Shown: positions 8,943 to 18,297 of the stretch, piece after piece
Position numbering within the stretch: the first letter of the stretch is position 1
Layout of the letters: every line of letters begins with the position of its first letter
Source of the DNA: an uncultured Rikenellaceae bacterium
Lineage (GTDB): Bacteria > Bacteroidota > Bacteroidia > Bacteroidales > VadinHA17
Reading direction: 5' to 3'
DNA length: 64,000 nt
Assembly (NCBI GenBank): GCA_964568875.1
Contig: CAZMSH010000011.1
Coordinates: 29,290-93,289 of the forward strand
Notes under the pieces: model-generated
What the model saw: the letters and a program-made list of their open reading frames with translations, nothing else
Databases searched by the model: none
What the model was told of the DNA's origin: nothing
Made by a program: the position numbers and the translations under genes

Positions 8943-10253
8943 ATGATCAGAATACTACTTACCGGCTTTATATTGACATGGATTTGTATTATCAACCTTT
9001 CCGGACAGGATACCAATAATGGAGGTAAGGCGATTAATTCTGATTCTATTTCCACCAATGATCCACAGCGCTCTGATGCACTGAAAATATTTCTTGACTG
9101 TGACAGGTGCGACAGGACATTTATAAAAGAGTCTATTCCATATGTGAATTACATAAACAACCGCGATGATGCCGATGTATTTATTATTATGACACGTCGC
9201 AGTACCGGGGGTGGTGGTACTGAGCATCTGATATCATTCAGTGGTCAGAAAAACTATACAGGCATAAATGACACGCTTGTTTTTTTTGATCCTCCTAACA
9301 GCACCAATGATTTCACCAGGCAGGGCCAGACCAACACTTTGTCAATGGGTCTTATGAGGTATGTTGCCCGTACACCTCTTTCACAGAATATAAGAATAAA
9401 CTACAGGGAAGTAACAGGCAGAGGCCGGCAATTGAGCCAGGTTGTAGAAAACGACCCCTGGAACAGTTGGGTTTTCCGGTTTTCAAGCAGAGGATCTATT
9501 AACAAGGATCAAAATTACGGGACCATATCAAGCAACAACAGCCTCAGTGCTGACAGAGTCACTCCTGAATTTAAGTCAGAGTTTGATATGCGCTTTGATT
9601 TCCGTGAGAGGAGTATTACAACAGAAGGAGTCACCTCAAAATACACTACGCAGAATGATTTCAGATTTACGACCCTTCAGGTGAAAAGCATCTCGCCCCA
9701 TTTCTCTGTCGGGGCAAATATGTCTGCTGCGAGTTCACAGTTCGGAAACATAAAATATGAACTAAACTTCAATCCTGCAATTGAGTACAATATCTTCCCC
9801 TACAGTGAGTCTTTCATGAGGCAGGTAAGAGTGCAGTATACCGTTCAGATAGGTTATAACAATTATATTGACACAACCAGATATTTCAAGCTGGAGGAGA
9901 TGATCTACCGCCACCAGCTGGCAGTGGCAATCGGATTCAATCAACAGTGGGGCTCAAGCAATTTCTCGTTTCGCGGCGGTCATTTTCTGAATGATGCAAG
10001 CTTCTGGAGTTTTAACATGAACGGAGATGTTGAATGGAGAGTGTACAGAGGATTGTCATTGAGTTTTAATGCAAGGGCTGCAATCATAAGAGACGACCGG
10101 GCTGTTTTGAAAGGTGATGCATCAGTTGAGGAGGTACTGCTACAGCTACGTAAACTCAGTTCCACATATTCATTCCAGGCCGGATTCGGGATATCTTATT
10201 CATTCGGGTCTATTTACAATAATGTGGTGAATCCGCGTTTCTCAAGCCGGTAA
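8943..10253 (+). CDS. Uncharacterised secreted/outer-membrane protein, probable C-terminal beta-barrel
   Basis: Signal peptide then Gln (LSG-QD), CDRC motif, amphipathic aromatic-rich strands, GISYSFGSIYNNVVNPRF end. Confidence 0.6.
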   Translation: MIRILLTGFILTWICIINLSGQDTNNGGKAINSDSISTNDPQRSDALKIFLDCDRCDRTFIKESIPYVNYINNRDDADVFIIMTRRSTGGGGTEHLISFSGQKNYTGINDTLVFFDPPNSTNDFTRQGQTNTLSMGLMRYVARTPLSQNIRINYREVTGRGRQLSQVVENDPWNSWVFRFSSRGSINKDQNYGTISSNNSLSADRVTPEFKSEFDMRFDFRERSITTEGVTSKYTTQNDFRFTTLQVKSISPHFSVGANMSAASSQFGNIKYELNFNPAIEYNIFPYSESFMRQVRVQYTVQIGYNNYIDTTRYFKLEEMIYRHQLAVAIGFNQQWGSSNFSFRGGHFLNDASFWSFNMNGDVEWRVYRGLSLSFNARAAIIRDDRAVLKGDASVEEVLLQLRKLSSTYSFQAGFGISYSFGSIYNNVVNPRFSSR

Positions 10254-10326
10254 TCAGACGCTACATCAGAAAGAGGTTCGTTTTTCAGTCATTTATTGTA
10301 AGTTTGCATAACTTACAAACAGTGAT

Positions 10327-11763
10327 ATGAACCGTACGGAAAAGGACTCATTAGGTTCTCTGACAATTCCAGGGATGGCTCTCTATGGGATTCATTCATT
10401 TCGTGCAGCAGAGAATTTTCCTGGCACTGCTGATTTCCCTGATGAATGGTACAGGGCGATGGGAATGGTGAAAGGTTGTGTTTACCGGACGTACAGGAGG
10501 TTCAGTAATGCAGTCTCAGGCAGATATGGGACTCATAAGGCCGTCAGGGAGATCGATGCAAAGAGGCTGGATGCAATTATTAAAGCTGCTGATGAGATAG
10601 CGTCAGGCCAGTATGCCGATAGTTTCATAGTGCCTGCCATTCAGGGTGGCGCAGGCACAAGTATTAACATGAATATCAACGAGATAATTGCCAATGCTGC
10701 GCTGATATCGATGGGGCAGACACCAGGCAGTTATAATATTATTGATCCGGTTGAGGATTGCAATATCTATCAGTCTACCAATGATGTAGTTCCTACAGCG
10801 TTGACTATAGCAGTAATGAATCTTCTCAACGATCTTGCATCGGAAGTGAATACCCTGCGTCAGATTCTTGAATCCCTGGAGAAAGAACACCGCAATGAAC
10901 TGAGGCCGGGTTACACACAGATGCAGGAGGCCGTACCCTCCTCGTTCGGATTGTTATTCGGATCTTACAATGAGGCTCTTTCACGCGACTGGTGGAGAAT
11001 TTCAAAGAGCCTTGAACGAATCAGGACAGTAAATATGGGAGGAGGAGCCACCGGCACGGGACTGGCTATCCCAAGATTTTTCATAATGGAGATAGTGCCT
11101 GAATTAAGAAACCTTACAGGTTTGCCTTTGTCGAGGAGTGAAAATCTCTCTGATGCCACTTCAAATCTCGACAAATGGGTTGAGGTGCACGCCATAATGA
11201 AGTCACATGCTGTGAACCTTGAGAAGATGGTTTCTGACCTGAGAATACTTTCATCAGACCTTCTTAACCCGAAGCTGGTAATACTGCCGGAACGACAGGT
11301 AGGCAGCTCGATAATGCCCGGCAAGATAAATCCGGTTATACCGGAATATATTGTATCGGTCTCTCACAGGGTCTATGCCAACGATCAACTGGTTTCTTCG
11401 CTTTGCGGGCTGGGCTGCCTTGAGTTGAATGCCTACCTCCCGATGATAGGATTTACAATGATTGAGAGTCTCAGGCTTCTGATATCGGCAAACATAACAC
11501 TTCGCAAAAATTGTCTCTCAGGTATTAAGGTAAAACATGCTGAAGCGCTTGAAAAAGTAATTATGAGCCCTGCTGTTACAACCGCGCTGGTGCCTTTCAT
11601 CGGCTATAACAAGGCATCAGAAATAGCCAGGGTGATGAAAGAAAGGGAGATGACTGTTTTCGATGTAAACCAGGAGATGAATTTCATTGAAGAAGAGAAG
11701 CTGAAAGAGATACTTCAGCCTGCCAATCTTCTGAAACTGGGATTTTCTCTTGAAGAGATTTAA
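10327..11763 (+). CDS. aspA: Aspartate ammonia-lyase (fumarase/aspartase superfamily)
   Basis: RTEKDSLG, QGGAGTSINMN, QSTND, GSSIMPGKINP signature. Confidence 0.85.
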   Translation: MNRTEKDSLGSLTIPGMALYGIHSFRAAENFPGTADFPDEWYRAMGMVKGCVYRTYRRFSNAVSGRYGTHKAVREIDAKRLDAIIKAADEIASGQYADSFIVPAIQGGAGTSINMNINEIIANAALISMGQTPGSYNIIDPVEDCNIYQSTNDVVPTALTIAVMNLLNDLASEVNTLRQILESLEKEHRNELRPGYTQMQEAVPSSFGLLFGSYNEALSRDWWRISKSLERIRTVNMGGGATGTGLAIPRFFIMEIVPELRNLTGLPLSRSENLSDATSNLDKWVEVHAIMKSHAVNLEKMVSDLRILSSDLLNPKLVILPERQVGSSIMPGKINPVIPEYIVSVSHRVYANDQLVSSLCGLGCLELNAYLPMIGFTMIESLRLLISANITLRKNCLSGIKVKHAEALEKVIMSPAVTTALVPFIGYNKASEIARVMKEREMTVFDVNQEMNFIEEEKLKEILQPANLLKLGFSLEEI

Positions 11764-11776
11764 CTTATAGGATAAT

Positions 11777-13009
11777 ATGGCAATAAGAGGCAAGGACAGA
11801 ACGCCGCGCATAGGCATATATGGCCGTCGCAATTATGGCAAGAGCAGCCTGATCAATGCACTTGCCGGCCAGGACATAGCAATAGTATCTGACACACCGG
11901 GCACTACCACTGATCCGGTAAAGAAATCGTTTGAGATCACAGGCTTTGGTCCTGTTGTGCTGGTTGACACTGCCGGCATTGACGACACAGGAGAACTGGG
12001 ATTGAAGAGAGTTCATAAAACCATTCATTCCATTGACACGGTTGATCTGGCCATCCTTTTAACAGGTGAGGGCAAATGGAGTGATTTTGAAGAGGAGATA
12101 GTACAGAAATTCAATGAACAGGACATCCCCTTCATAGTATTGTCGGGAAAGGCTGACATAGATAATCCCGGTGAAGAGTTCATAGCGAGGGTAAAAGCAG
12201 CAACAGGCAAGACTCCCGTGCGATTTTCAGCGTTAGACACAGGATCACGTGAGGAGCTTATACGATTGATAAAGGAGGGTATTCCTTCCATGTCATTCAG
12301 GCTGAGCACCCTTCTCGGCGACCTGATAAAGCAGGGTGATGTTGTATTACTTATTACTCCTATTGACGTTGAAGCTCCTGAAGGCAGGCTTATACTGCCG
12401 CAGGTGCAGGTAATAAGAGACATTCTTGACAATGATGCCGTTGCCGTGGTATTAAAAGAGAGAGAAGTTGATGCTTTTCTGCGTAACACAGGAATAAGGC
12501 CGGCGCTGGCAGTTACCGATTCCCAGGTTTTTGTTAAGGCAGATGCTTCGGTTCCGCCAGAGGTACCTTTAACCAGCTTTAGCATACTTCTTGCCCGTCA
12601 GAAGGGTGATTTTGAGAATTATCTCAAGGGGACCCCGGCCATCTCTGCTTTAAAAGACGGTGACAGGGTTTTATTGCTTGAGTCATGCACTCATCATGTG
12701 GCATGCGATGATATAGGAAGGGTAAAAATACCGAGGTGGCTTACCGCCTTTACGGGACGAAAACTTGAGTACGATGTTGTTGCCGGGCTGGACATGTTAC
12801 CCAGGCCTGTAACTGATTATGCGATTGTAATACAATGCGGGGGATGTATGATCACGGCGCGACAGTTGCAGCAGAGACTTAGAGCAGCAGTAAAGGCAGG
12901 TGTTCCTGTAACAAATTACGGGATGGCGATTGCATATGTACAGGGCATATATAACAGAGCCGTAGCTCCATTCCTTAAAGGAGACGCCAGGGATGTCACA
13001 TATCTTTAG
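11777..13009 (+). CDS. hydF: [FeFe]-hydrogenase H-cluster maturation GTPase HydF
   Basis: GRRNYGKSS, GTTTD, DTAG, APEGRLILPQ, ESCTH...QCGGC FeS ligands, TNYG. Confidence 0.95.
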   Translation: MAIRGKDRTPRIGIYGRRNYGKSSLINALAGQDIAIVSDTPGTTTDPVKKSFEITGFGPVVLVDTAGIDDTGELGLKRVHKTIHSIDTVDLAILLTGEGKWSDFEEEIVQKFNEQDIPFIVLSGKADIDNPGEEFIARVKAATGKTPVRFSALDTGSREELIRLIKEGIPSMSFRLSTLLGDLIKQGDVVLLITPIDVEAPEGRLILPQVQVIRDILDNDAVAVVLKEREVDAFLRNTGIRPALAVTDSQVFVKADASVPPEVPLTSFSILLARQKGDFENYLKGTPAISALKDGDRVLLLESCTHHVACDDIGRVKIPRWLTAFTGRKLEYDVVAGLDMLPRPVTDYAIVIQCGGCMITARQLQQRLRAAVKAGVPVTNYGMAIAYVQGIYNRAVAPFLKGDARDVTYL

Positions 13010-13013
13010 CAGG

Positions 13014-16000
13014 TCAGAATCTGAAATAGATGAAAGGCTGGATTCCTGCTGTCTGCATCCTCATTAATATCACGGCAAGGGAAAGCATCAGAAGGAACTG
13101 AATAATCAGATGGCTCTTCACAAAGAGGGCCCTGGTAGCTTCTTTAATAGTTTCAGGAAGGAAATGTATGGTGTAACCTGTCAGCATCAGTATAACCACG
13201 AAAGGGTATGACATCCACATGCCTGATATATGTTCCGGATTAAACCGTGTAAAAATATTCTTTATCATCAGGATAGCTAAATCATTTGTCTCGGCCCTGA
13301 AGAATATCCATGCAAAGCTCACGAAATTGAAAGTAACAAATATCTGAATGACAGTAAACAATCGTCGTTTTGCGCGACGGGGAGGGACAAGGTGACTCCA
13401 TATTTTATTTATGATCAGGCCCACGCCGTGCAACAGTCCCCACAATAAGAATCTAACTGATGCTCCATGCCATAAGCCTCCCAGGATCATTGTCACAAGA
13501 AGGTTGATTCCGGTACGTAAGTAACCTCGCCTGTTGCCCCCTATTGGGATATAGAGATAATCCCGAAGCCATCGTGACAATGATATGTGCCATCTCTTCC
13601 AGAAGTCAGAAATACCGGTAGCCTTATAAGGAGAGTTAAAGTTCACCGGTAGTCTGAATCCGAGCAGAAGAGCGACTCCTATAGCGATATCGGTATACCC
13701 TGAAAAATCACAGTATATCTGTAATCCGTAGCCATATACTGCAAAGAGGTTTTCGGTTCCGGTATAGAGTTCAGGAGCACCGAAGACCCTGTCAACAAAA
13801 TTTACCGAGATATAATCGCTGATGATCATCTTTTTAACAAGTCCTTTAGCTATAATGAAAAGGGCATGACCGAACTCTCTTTTTGTGAGGCTGAATTTTG
13901 CGTATAGCTGGGGCACAAATTCTGATGCTCTTACTATAGGGCCGGCTACGAGCTGAGGGAAGAATGAGACATAGAATCCGAAATCAAGGATGTTTTTTAC
14001 AGGAGCTACCCGGCCTCTGTAAACATCGACAGTATAGCTGATTGTCTGAAATGTAAAGAATGAGATCCCTACAGGCAACACAACAGAGCTGACATCGAAA
14101 TTAGTAAGGAACAAAGAGTTAGAGACTGAAGCAAGCAGATCAGTTGATGGCAGCGATGTTCCGGCAATCGTGTTGATTGAATCTATTACGAAGCCGTAGT
14201 ATTTGAAATACCCCAGCATTCCCAGGTTAACCAGCAGGCTGATAATAAGCCAGAAGATCTTCACAAACCTTGAGTCAGAGCGTGCGATGAGTCTGCCGGC
14301 AGTATAATCTGTCAGTGTCGAGATTATTAACAGGAAAAGAAACAGTCCTCCGGATTTATAGTAGAAAAAGAGGCTGAAAAGGAAAAGGTAAAAGTTCCTG
14401 AGGAATGGTATCTTATAAATAAAGCTGTAACCGGCTATCAGCAAAAGAAGAAAAAGCCAGAACGCTATATTGGTAAAGATGAAAGGAGAGGCAGGGTCAT
14501 ATGCCAGTATTCCGAGCAGTTGGGCTGATATTTTTTGATTGTGGATTTTCTGATCTGAATAAACCGGAGAAGAGTCCTCCTCGACCAACTTATCAGGGAT
14601 TGTAAGGCTGTCTGCGTAAAGGTCAGTTAGAGAGTCTGTCATATACAGGACTGTCTCAACAATAACCGGTTCTGCAAGCAAATCATTAAAAAACAGCTCT
14701 GCAAGGGAGTCAGCCCCGGCATAAGTCAGATGAGTATAATCTTTCTGCGCCAATGGGGGAACCGCGGAGGTCCATTTAAGGATTGAGTTCTCACCTCCCA
14801 TTTCCGAGTACGCATCCCAGAACCCGATTCCTGTATTTGCAGCCGCACTCTTCTGCGCATCGCGTATACTTTCAATATTAGGAAAGGAAGCCATGGTTCC
14901 TTCAAAATTGTCGGCCATATCAGTAAGGCCCACAAGGATGATATCAGCTGAAGGAACTATCTCTTTCAACAGCATGAACTGCCGCTCAAGTCCTTTCCTG
15001 TAGTAAGAATAGTCATCACGAACGTTTCGCACGACATTAAGACCGTAGTGCAGTACGATCAGGTCAGGATCAAGCATTTTGAAGAGATCGTTTTGGTTCT
15101 GCCTGTCGGTCATTGTAAATTCGAGGCCGGCGCTGCCGCGATGAGGTATATTGTCTACAGTTACACCGCTGTCATCTTCAATTGAGAATGCATAGATATC
15201 GGGAGAAGAATATCCTGTGAATCTTATTCTGACGTCAGAGGAGCCTCCGAGAGGTGCATAGAATTCAAACGGTCCTTTTCCGGTACAAAGGGTATCGCTG
15301 GCTATTTCAGCTTCGCCAGAATTTATTTGTATCAGGCAAATACCGTTAAGATTTCCGTAGAAAAGCCTTAAGTTGTTGTAGACCGAGGCCTTTTGGTCTG
15401 AAAATAGTGAAGGAGTAATTCTGACGGTGGCTGTTACCGGAATCTGTGAGACTGAGTCGGGCTTCATGAATCTGCATACCGACATGAAGGGTCCGAGATT
15501 TTTGTGTGGCAGCGATCGGTCCCTGTAAGAGAGATAATTATATCTGTTCCAGTTTGATGAAGATCGTATTTCCACAGTGCGGGAATACATTACGGGCATT
15601 AGCGGTTGCAAAAGGCCGGGCCCTGTACCCCCGTGTTTATTCTGCAGTCTTGTTCGGAGATAGGAACTTATGCGGTCTCCTTCGAGCTGGCTGTCTCCGA
15701 ATACCATTATTCTGAGTTGCGGCTTACCCGACATTACATTGTCATAAAACCGGGGAGCCAGGGTGGCGACTGTTGATACTGCAGGCCACAAAGCGACAGA
15801 GTCTGCGGCCTTAAGAAGAGTATCACACTCTGTGGCAGGTGTAGTTATGACAGTGTCAGCAAGATCAGCGGCAAAGGGCTTTTCAGCTTTTACACCTCCC
15901 GCTAAAAGCAGTTCTAATGCTCTGTTTTCACGGATATTGTAATTTACCAGCGAGGGAGTATAAACGGCAGCTGCTACCAGAATACCGGCTGCAATAGCAA

Positions 16001-16028
16001 AAAATATAAATATCCTGTACGGTCGCAT
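13014..16028 (-). CDS. Fused SGNH/GDSL acyltransferase domain (about aa 100-450) and AlgI/PatA-type MBOAT O-acyltransferase (about aa 510-1004)
   Basis: GDSQ at aa 111-114 and DYTH at aa 430-433; LPVGISFFTFQ, FFPQLVAGPI, DFSGYTD, FWKRWHISLS, GLWHG (His854); C-terminal FIYFRF. Confidence 0.88.
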   Translation of the reverse strand: MRPYRIFIFFAIAAGILVAAAVYTPSLVNYNIRENRALELLLAGGVKAEKPFAADLADTVITTPATECDTLLKAADSVALWPAVSTVATLAPRFYDNVMSGKPQLRIMVFGDSQLEGDRISSYLRTRLQNKHGGTGPGLLQPLMPVMYSRTVEIRSSSNWNRYNYLSYRDRSLPHKNLGPFMSVCRFMKPDSVSQIPVTATVRITPSLFSDQKASVYNNLRLFYGNLNGICLIQINSGEAEIASDTLCTGKGPFEFYAPLGGSSDVRIRFTGYSSPDIYAFSIEDDSGVTVDNIPHRGSAGLEFTMTDRQNQNDLFKMLDPDLIVLHYGLNVVRNVRDDYSYYRKGLERQFMLLKEIVPSADIILVGLTDMADNFEGTMASFPNIESIRDAQKSAAANTGIGFWDAYSEMGGENSILKWTSAVPPLAQKDYTHLTYAGADSLAELFFNDLLAEPVIVETVLYMTDSLTDLYADSLTIPDKLVEEDSSPVYSDQKIHNQKISAQLLGILAYDPASPFIFTNIAFWLFLLLLIAGYSFIYKIPFLRNFYLFLFSLFFYYKSGGLFLFLLIISTLTDYTAGRLIARSDSRFVKIFWLIISLLVNLGMLGYFKYYGFVIDSINTIAGTSLPSTDLLASVSNSLFLTNFDVSSVVLPVGISFFTFQTISYTVDVYRGRVAPVKNILDFGFYVSFFPQLVAGPIVRASEFVPQLYAKFSLTKREFGHALFIIAKGLVKKMIISDYISVNFVDRVFGAPELYTGTENLFAVYGYGLQIYCDFSGYTDIAIGVALLLGFRLPVNFNSPYKATGISDFWKRWHISLSRWLRDYLYIPIGGNRRGYLRTGINLLVTMILGGLWHGASVRFLLWGLLHGVGLIINKIWSHLVPPRRAKRRLFTVIQIFVTFNFVSFAWIFFRAETNDLAILMIKNIFTRFNPEHISGMWMSYPFVVILMLTGYTIHFLPETIKEATRALFVKSHLIIQFLLMLSLAVILMRMQTAGIQPFIYFRF

Positions 16029-16053
16029 ATTTAGTCCGGCAGGAGTTGGAGGG

Positions 16054-17598
16054 TCAGCTCTTCCTGCGAATCCTGAGCCTTTGTCCTACCTTTATCTTTC
16101 CTGTATCACCAAGGTTATTCAGTGCCAGGATATCTGAAACAGAGACGTCGTTATATTTCTTTGCGATATCCCAGACCGTGTCTCCACTGCGTACTACGTA
16201 ATACTCATATTCACCGCCGGCAGAATCGTTCAATACCGGGGGCTGTACAGTTGCGCTGCTGTTTACCTGTACCGGTTTACCAGACATGGACTGCTTTTGA
16301 GCGAATGTCATCGTATTAACGCGGCCGTAGTGATCTGCCTTAGACGGATCGACATAGACAGCTAGTTTCTGTCCCACATATATTGTATTACGGTATATAT
16401 TGTTCCAGTATCTGAGCTCTGAGAGAGGTACGTTGTACCATTCTGCAATATAACCCAGATTATCTCCGCTCTTAACATTGTATACAAGTTTTGTTTTGCC
16501 CTTTATATCAGGAGGCACGAATGACGACGAGGCCGGATTTGATGACCTGTTTGTGGAAGCCAGATAGACATTTGCCTTATGATTTTCTATTGTGTCATGC
16601 AGGTGGATAAACTCGCCTATATGAGTCATAGGCAGTGTCAGCGGTGCAGGCTTTGTCCTTCCCGGTATCAGGCCTGTCCTGTATTGCGGATTCAGTGCTC
16701 TGAGATCATTGTAACCCAGTCCCATCACCTCTGCTATCTGACTCAGATGAAGGTCTCTAGTTATCATGACGGTATCTACGGCAAGAGGTAATGATATTGG
16801 TATTGGTACAATGTTGTGTTCTACGTTGTAAGTCATTGAATAGAGAGCTGCAACGAACTGGGGTATATACCCTCTGGTCTCCCTCGGTAGCCTGTAGTAG
16901 ATATCCCAGTAATCCTTTTTATTACCTGACCGTGCAATTGCCTTGTTGACGTTACCAGGGCCGCAATTGTAGGCAGCAATTACGAGAATCCAGTCATTAT
17001 ATATCTTATACAGGTCTTTAAGATATCTTGCAGCTGCGTGAGTTGATTTAACAGGGTCACGCCTCTCATCAAGGACAGAGTTTATTGTCATGCCGTACAT
17101 ACGGCCGGTACTGGCCATAAACTGCCATAACCCTGTTGCCCCGACCCTTGAAACAGCATTGGGGTTAAGAGCTGATTCTATTACTGCCATATATTTAAGT
17201 TCGAGGGGAAGGTCGTATGATGCAAAAATATCCTCGATCATGGGGAAGTAATAGTCCTGCAATCCAAGTATAATCCTGAACTTGTCGTATTGCCTGGAAG
17301 TGTAAACATGAATATGGCTTCTGATGATATTATTATACGGCAGGGTAATGAGGGAGTTTACTCTTCCCAGTCTGTCAATATATACAGAATCAGGGAATTC
17401 AGGAATATGTGGCTCGGTGGCTTCATATTCTTTTTGAGTCAGGCTAAGGGAGGTCTTCACATACCATGTATTAACCAGGCTGTCAAGGTCTCTCGATATC
17501 CTTCTAATGTCCTCATCAGGAATATCCTGTGCTTTAACTGAAGGACCTGCCATAACGAAGATCAGCATGAGGGAAAAAAGGATTCCGGTTTTAAGCAT
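16054..17598 (-). CDS. mltD: Membrane-bound lytic murein transglycosylase D-like protein (SLT + 2 LysM)
   Basis: IESALNP, GATGLWQFM, AAYNCG, LPRETRGY, two LysM repeats (YNVKSGDNL, YVVRSGDTV). Confidence 0.9.
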   Translation of the reverse strand: MLKTGILFSLMLIFVMAGPSVKAQDIPDEDIRRISRDLDSLVNTWYVKTSLSLTQKEYEATEPHIPEFPDSVYIDRLGRVNSLITLPYNNIIRSHIHVYTSRQYDKFRIILGLQDYYFPMIEDIFASYDLPLELKYMAVIESALNPNAVSRVGATGLWQFMASTGRMYGMTINSVLDERRDPVKSTHAAARYLKDLYKIYNDWILVIAAYNCGPGNVNKAIARSGNKKDYWDIYYRLPRETRGYIPQFVAALYSMTYNVEHNIVPIPISLPLAVDTVMITRDLHLSQIAEVMGLGYNDLRALNPQYRTGLIPGRTKPAPLTLPMTHIGEFIHLHDTIENHKANVYLASTNRSSNPASSSFVPPDIKGKTKLVYNVKSGDNLGYIAEWYNVPLSELRYWNNIYRNTIYVGQKLAVYVDPSKADHYGRVNTMTFAQKQSMSGKPVQVNSSATVQPPVLNDSAGGEYEYYVVRSGDTVWDIAKKYNDVSVSDILALNNLGDTGKIKVGQRLRIRRKS

Positions 17599-17609
17599 AT
17601 CAGTAATTA

Positions 17610-18245
17610 TTAGAATGTTTTAACTAATCTGAGATTAAAAGCAAACAGGTTTCCTGACATTGCAGGCATAGCCGTTGGCAGAAGTGAAAGGTTAAGGGTT
17701 TCGCCAATATCATAATCAGACAGGCTGGCATCTACATTTGCATCGAGAATAGAAATCAGGTACCAGGCAGCAATTCCTATATATGAGAGGTCGCGGTACT
17801 TTTTATAGTAGTCTACGCCTGAGAGAAGTCTCTCTCTAACCCACTGAGCCTGTGAGGGATTATATGACTCCGGGTGTAGTACGGGGTCATAAATTGACGG
17901 GTCTGCTCCCCTTATCAGGTCGAGGTAGCTGTCGGTTTCAGGGATAAGATCGGTGAAATCCTGATAGGCCCTGGTATACTGAATATGTGTTGAAGTATTA
18001 AACCAGACACTGTAACCCAGTCCTGCGAAACCGGCATAGACCAGGGGAATTTTCCAATACTTGCGATTATAAACCTGACCCATACCGGGCAGAGCTGCAG
18101 CGAGCATAGTAGCCCGGTGAGGGTCTTTTATTTTTCTTACAGACTGAAGGTCAACGGCTGTTGTGTCCTGAGCAATGATATTAGTATCTATGCAAAGCAA
18201 CAGAAAGAGTAGGGCAATTATTTCAGCGGTCCTTTTCAATATCAT
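17610..18245 (-). CDS. DUF5683-family protein
   Basis: PGMGQVYNRKYWKIPLVY and ILDANVDA; usual position downstream of parB in Bacteroidota. Confidence 0.75.
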   Translation of the reverse strand: MILKRTAEIIALLFLLLCIDTNIIAQDTTAVDLQSVRKIKDPHRATMLAAALPGMGQVYNRKYWKIPLVYAGFAGLGYSVWFNTSTHIQYTRAYQDFTDLIPETDSYLDLIRGADPSIYDPVLHPESYNPSQAQWVRERLLSGVDYYKKYRDLSYIGIAAWYLISILDANVDASLSDYDIGETLNLSLLPTAMPAMSGNLFAFNLRLVKTF

Positions 18246-18297
18246 AACCTGGGCTCTGTTGCCCGTGTAAGATAAACGTCACCGCAAAGATAATATT

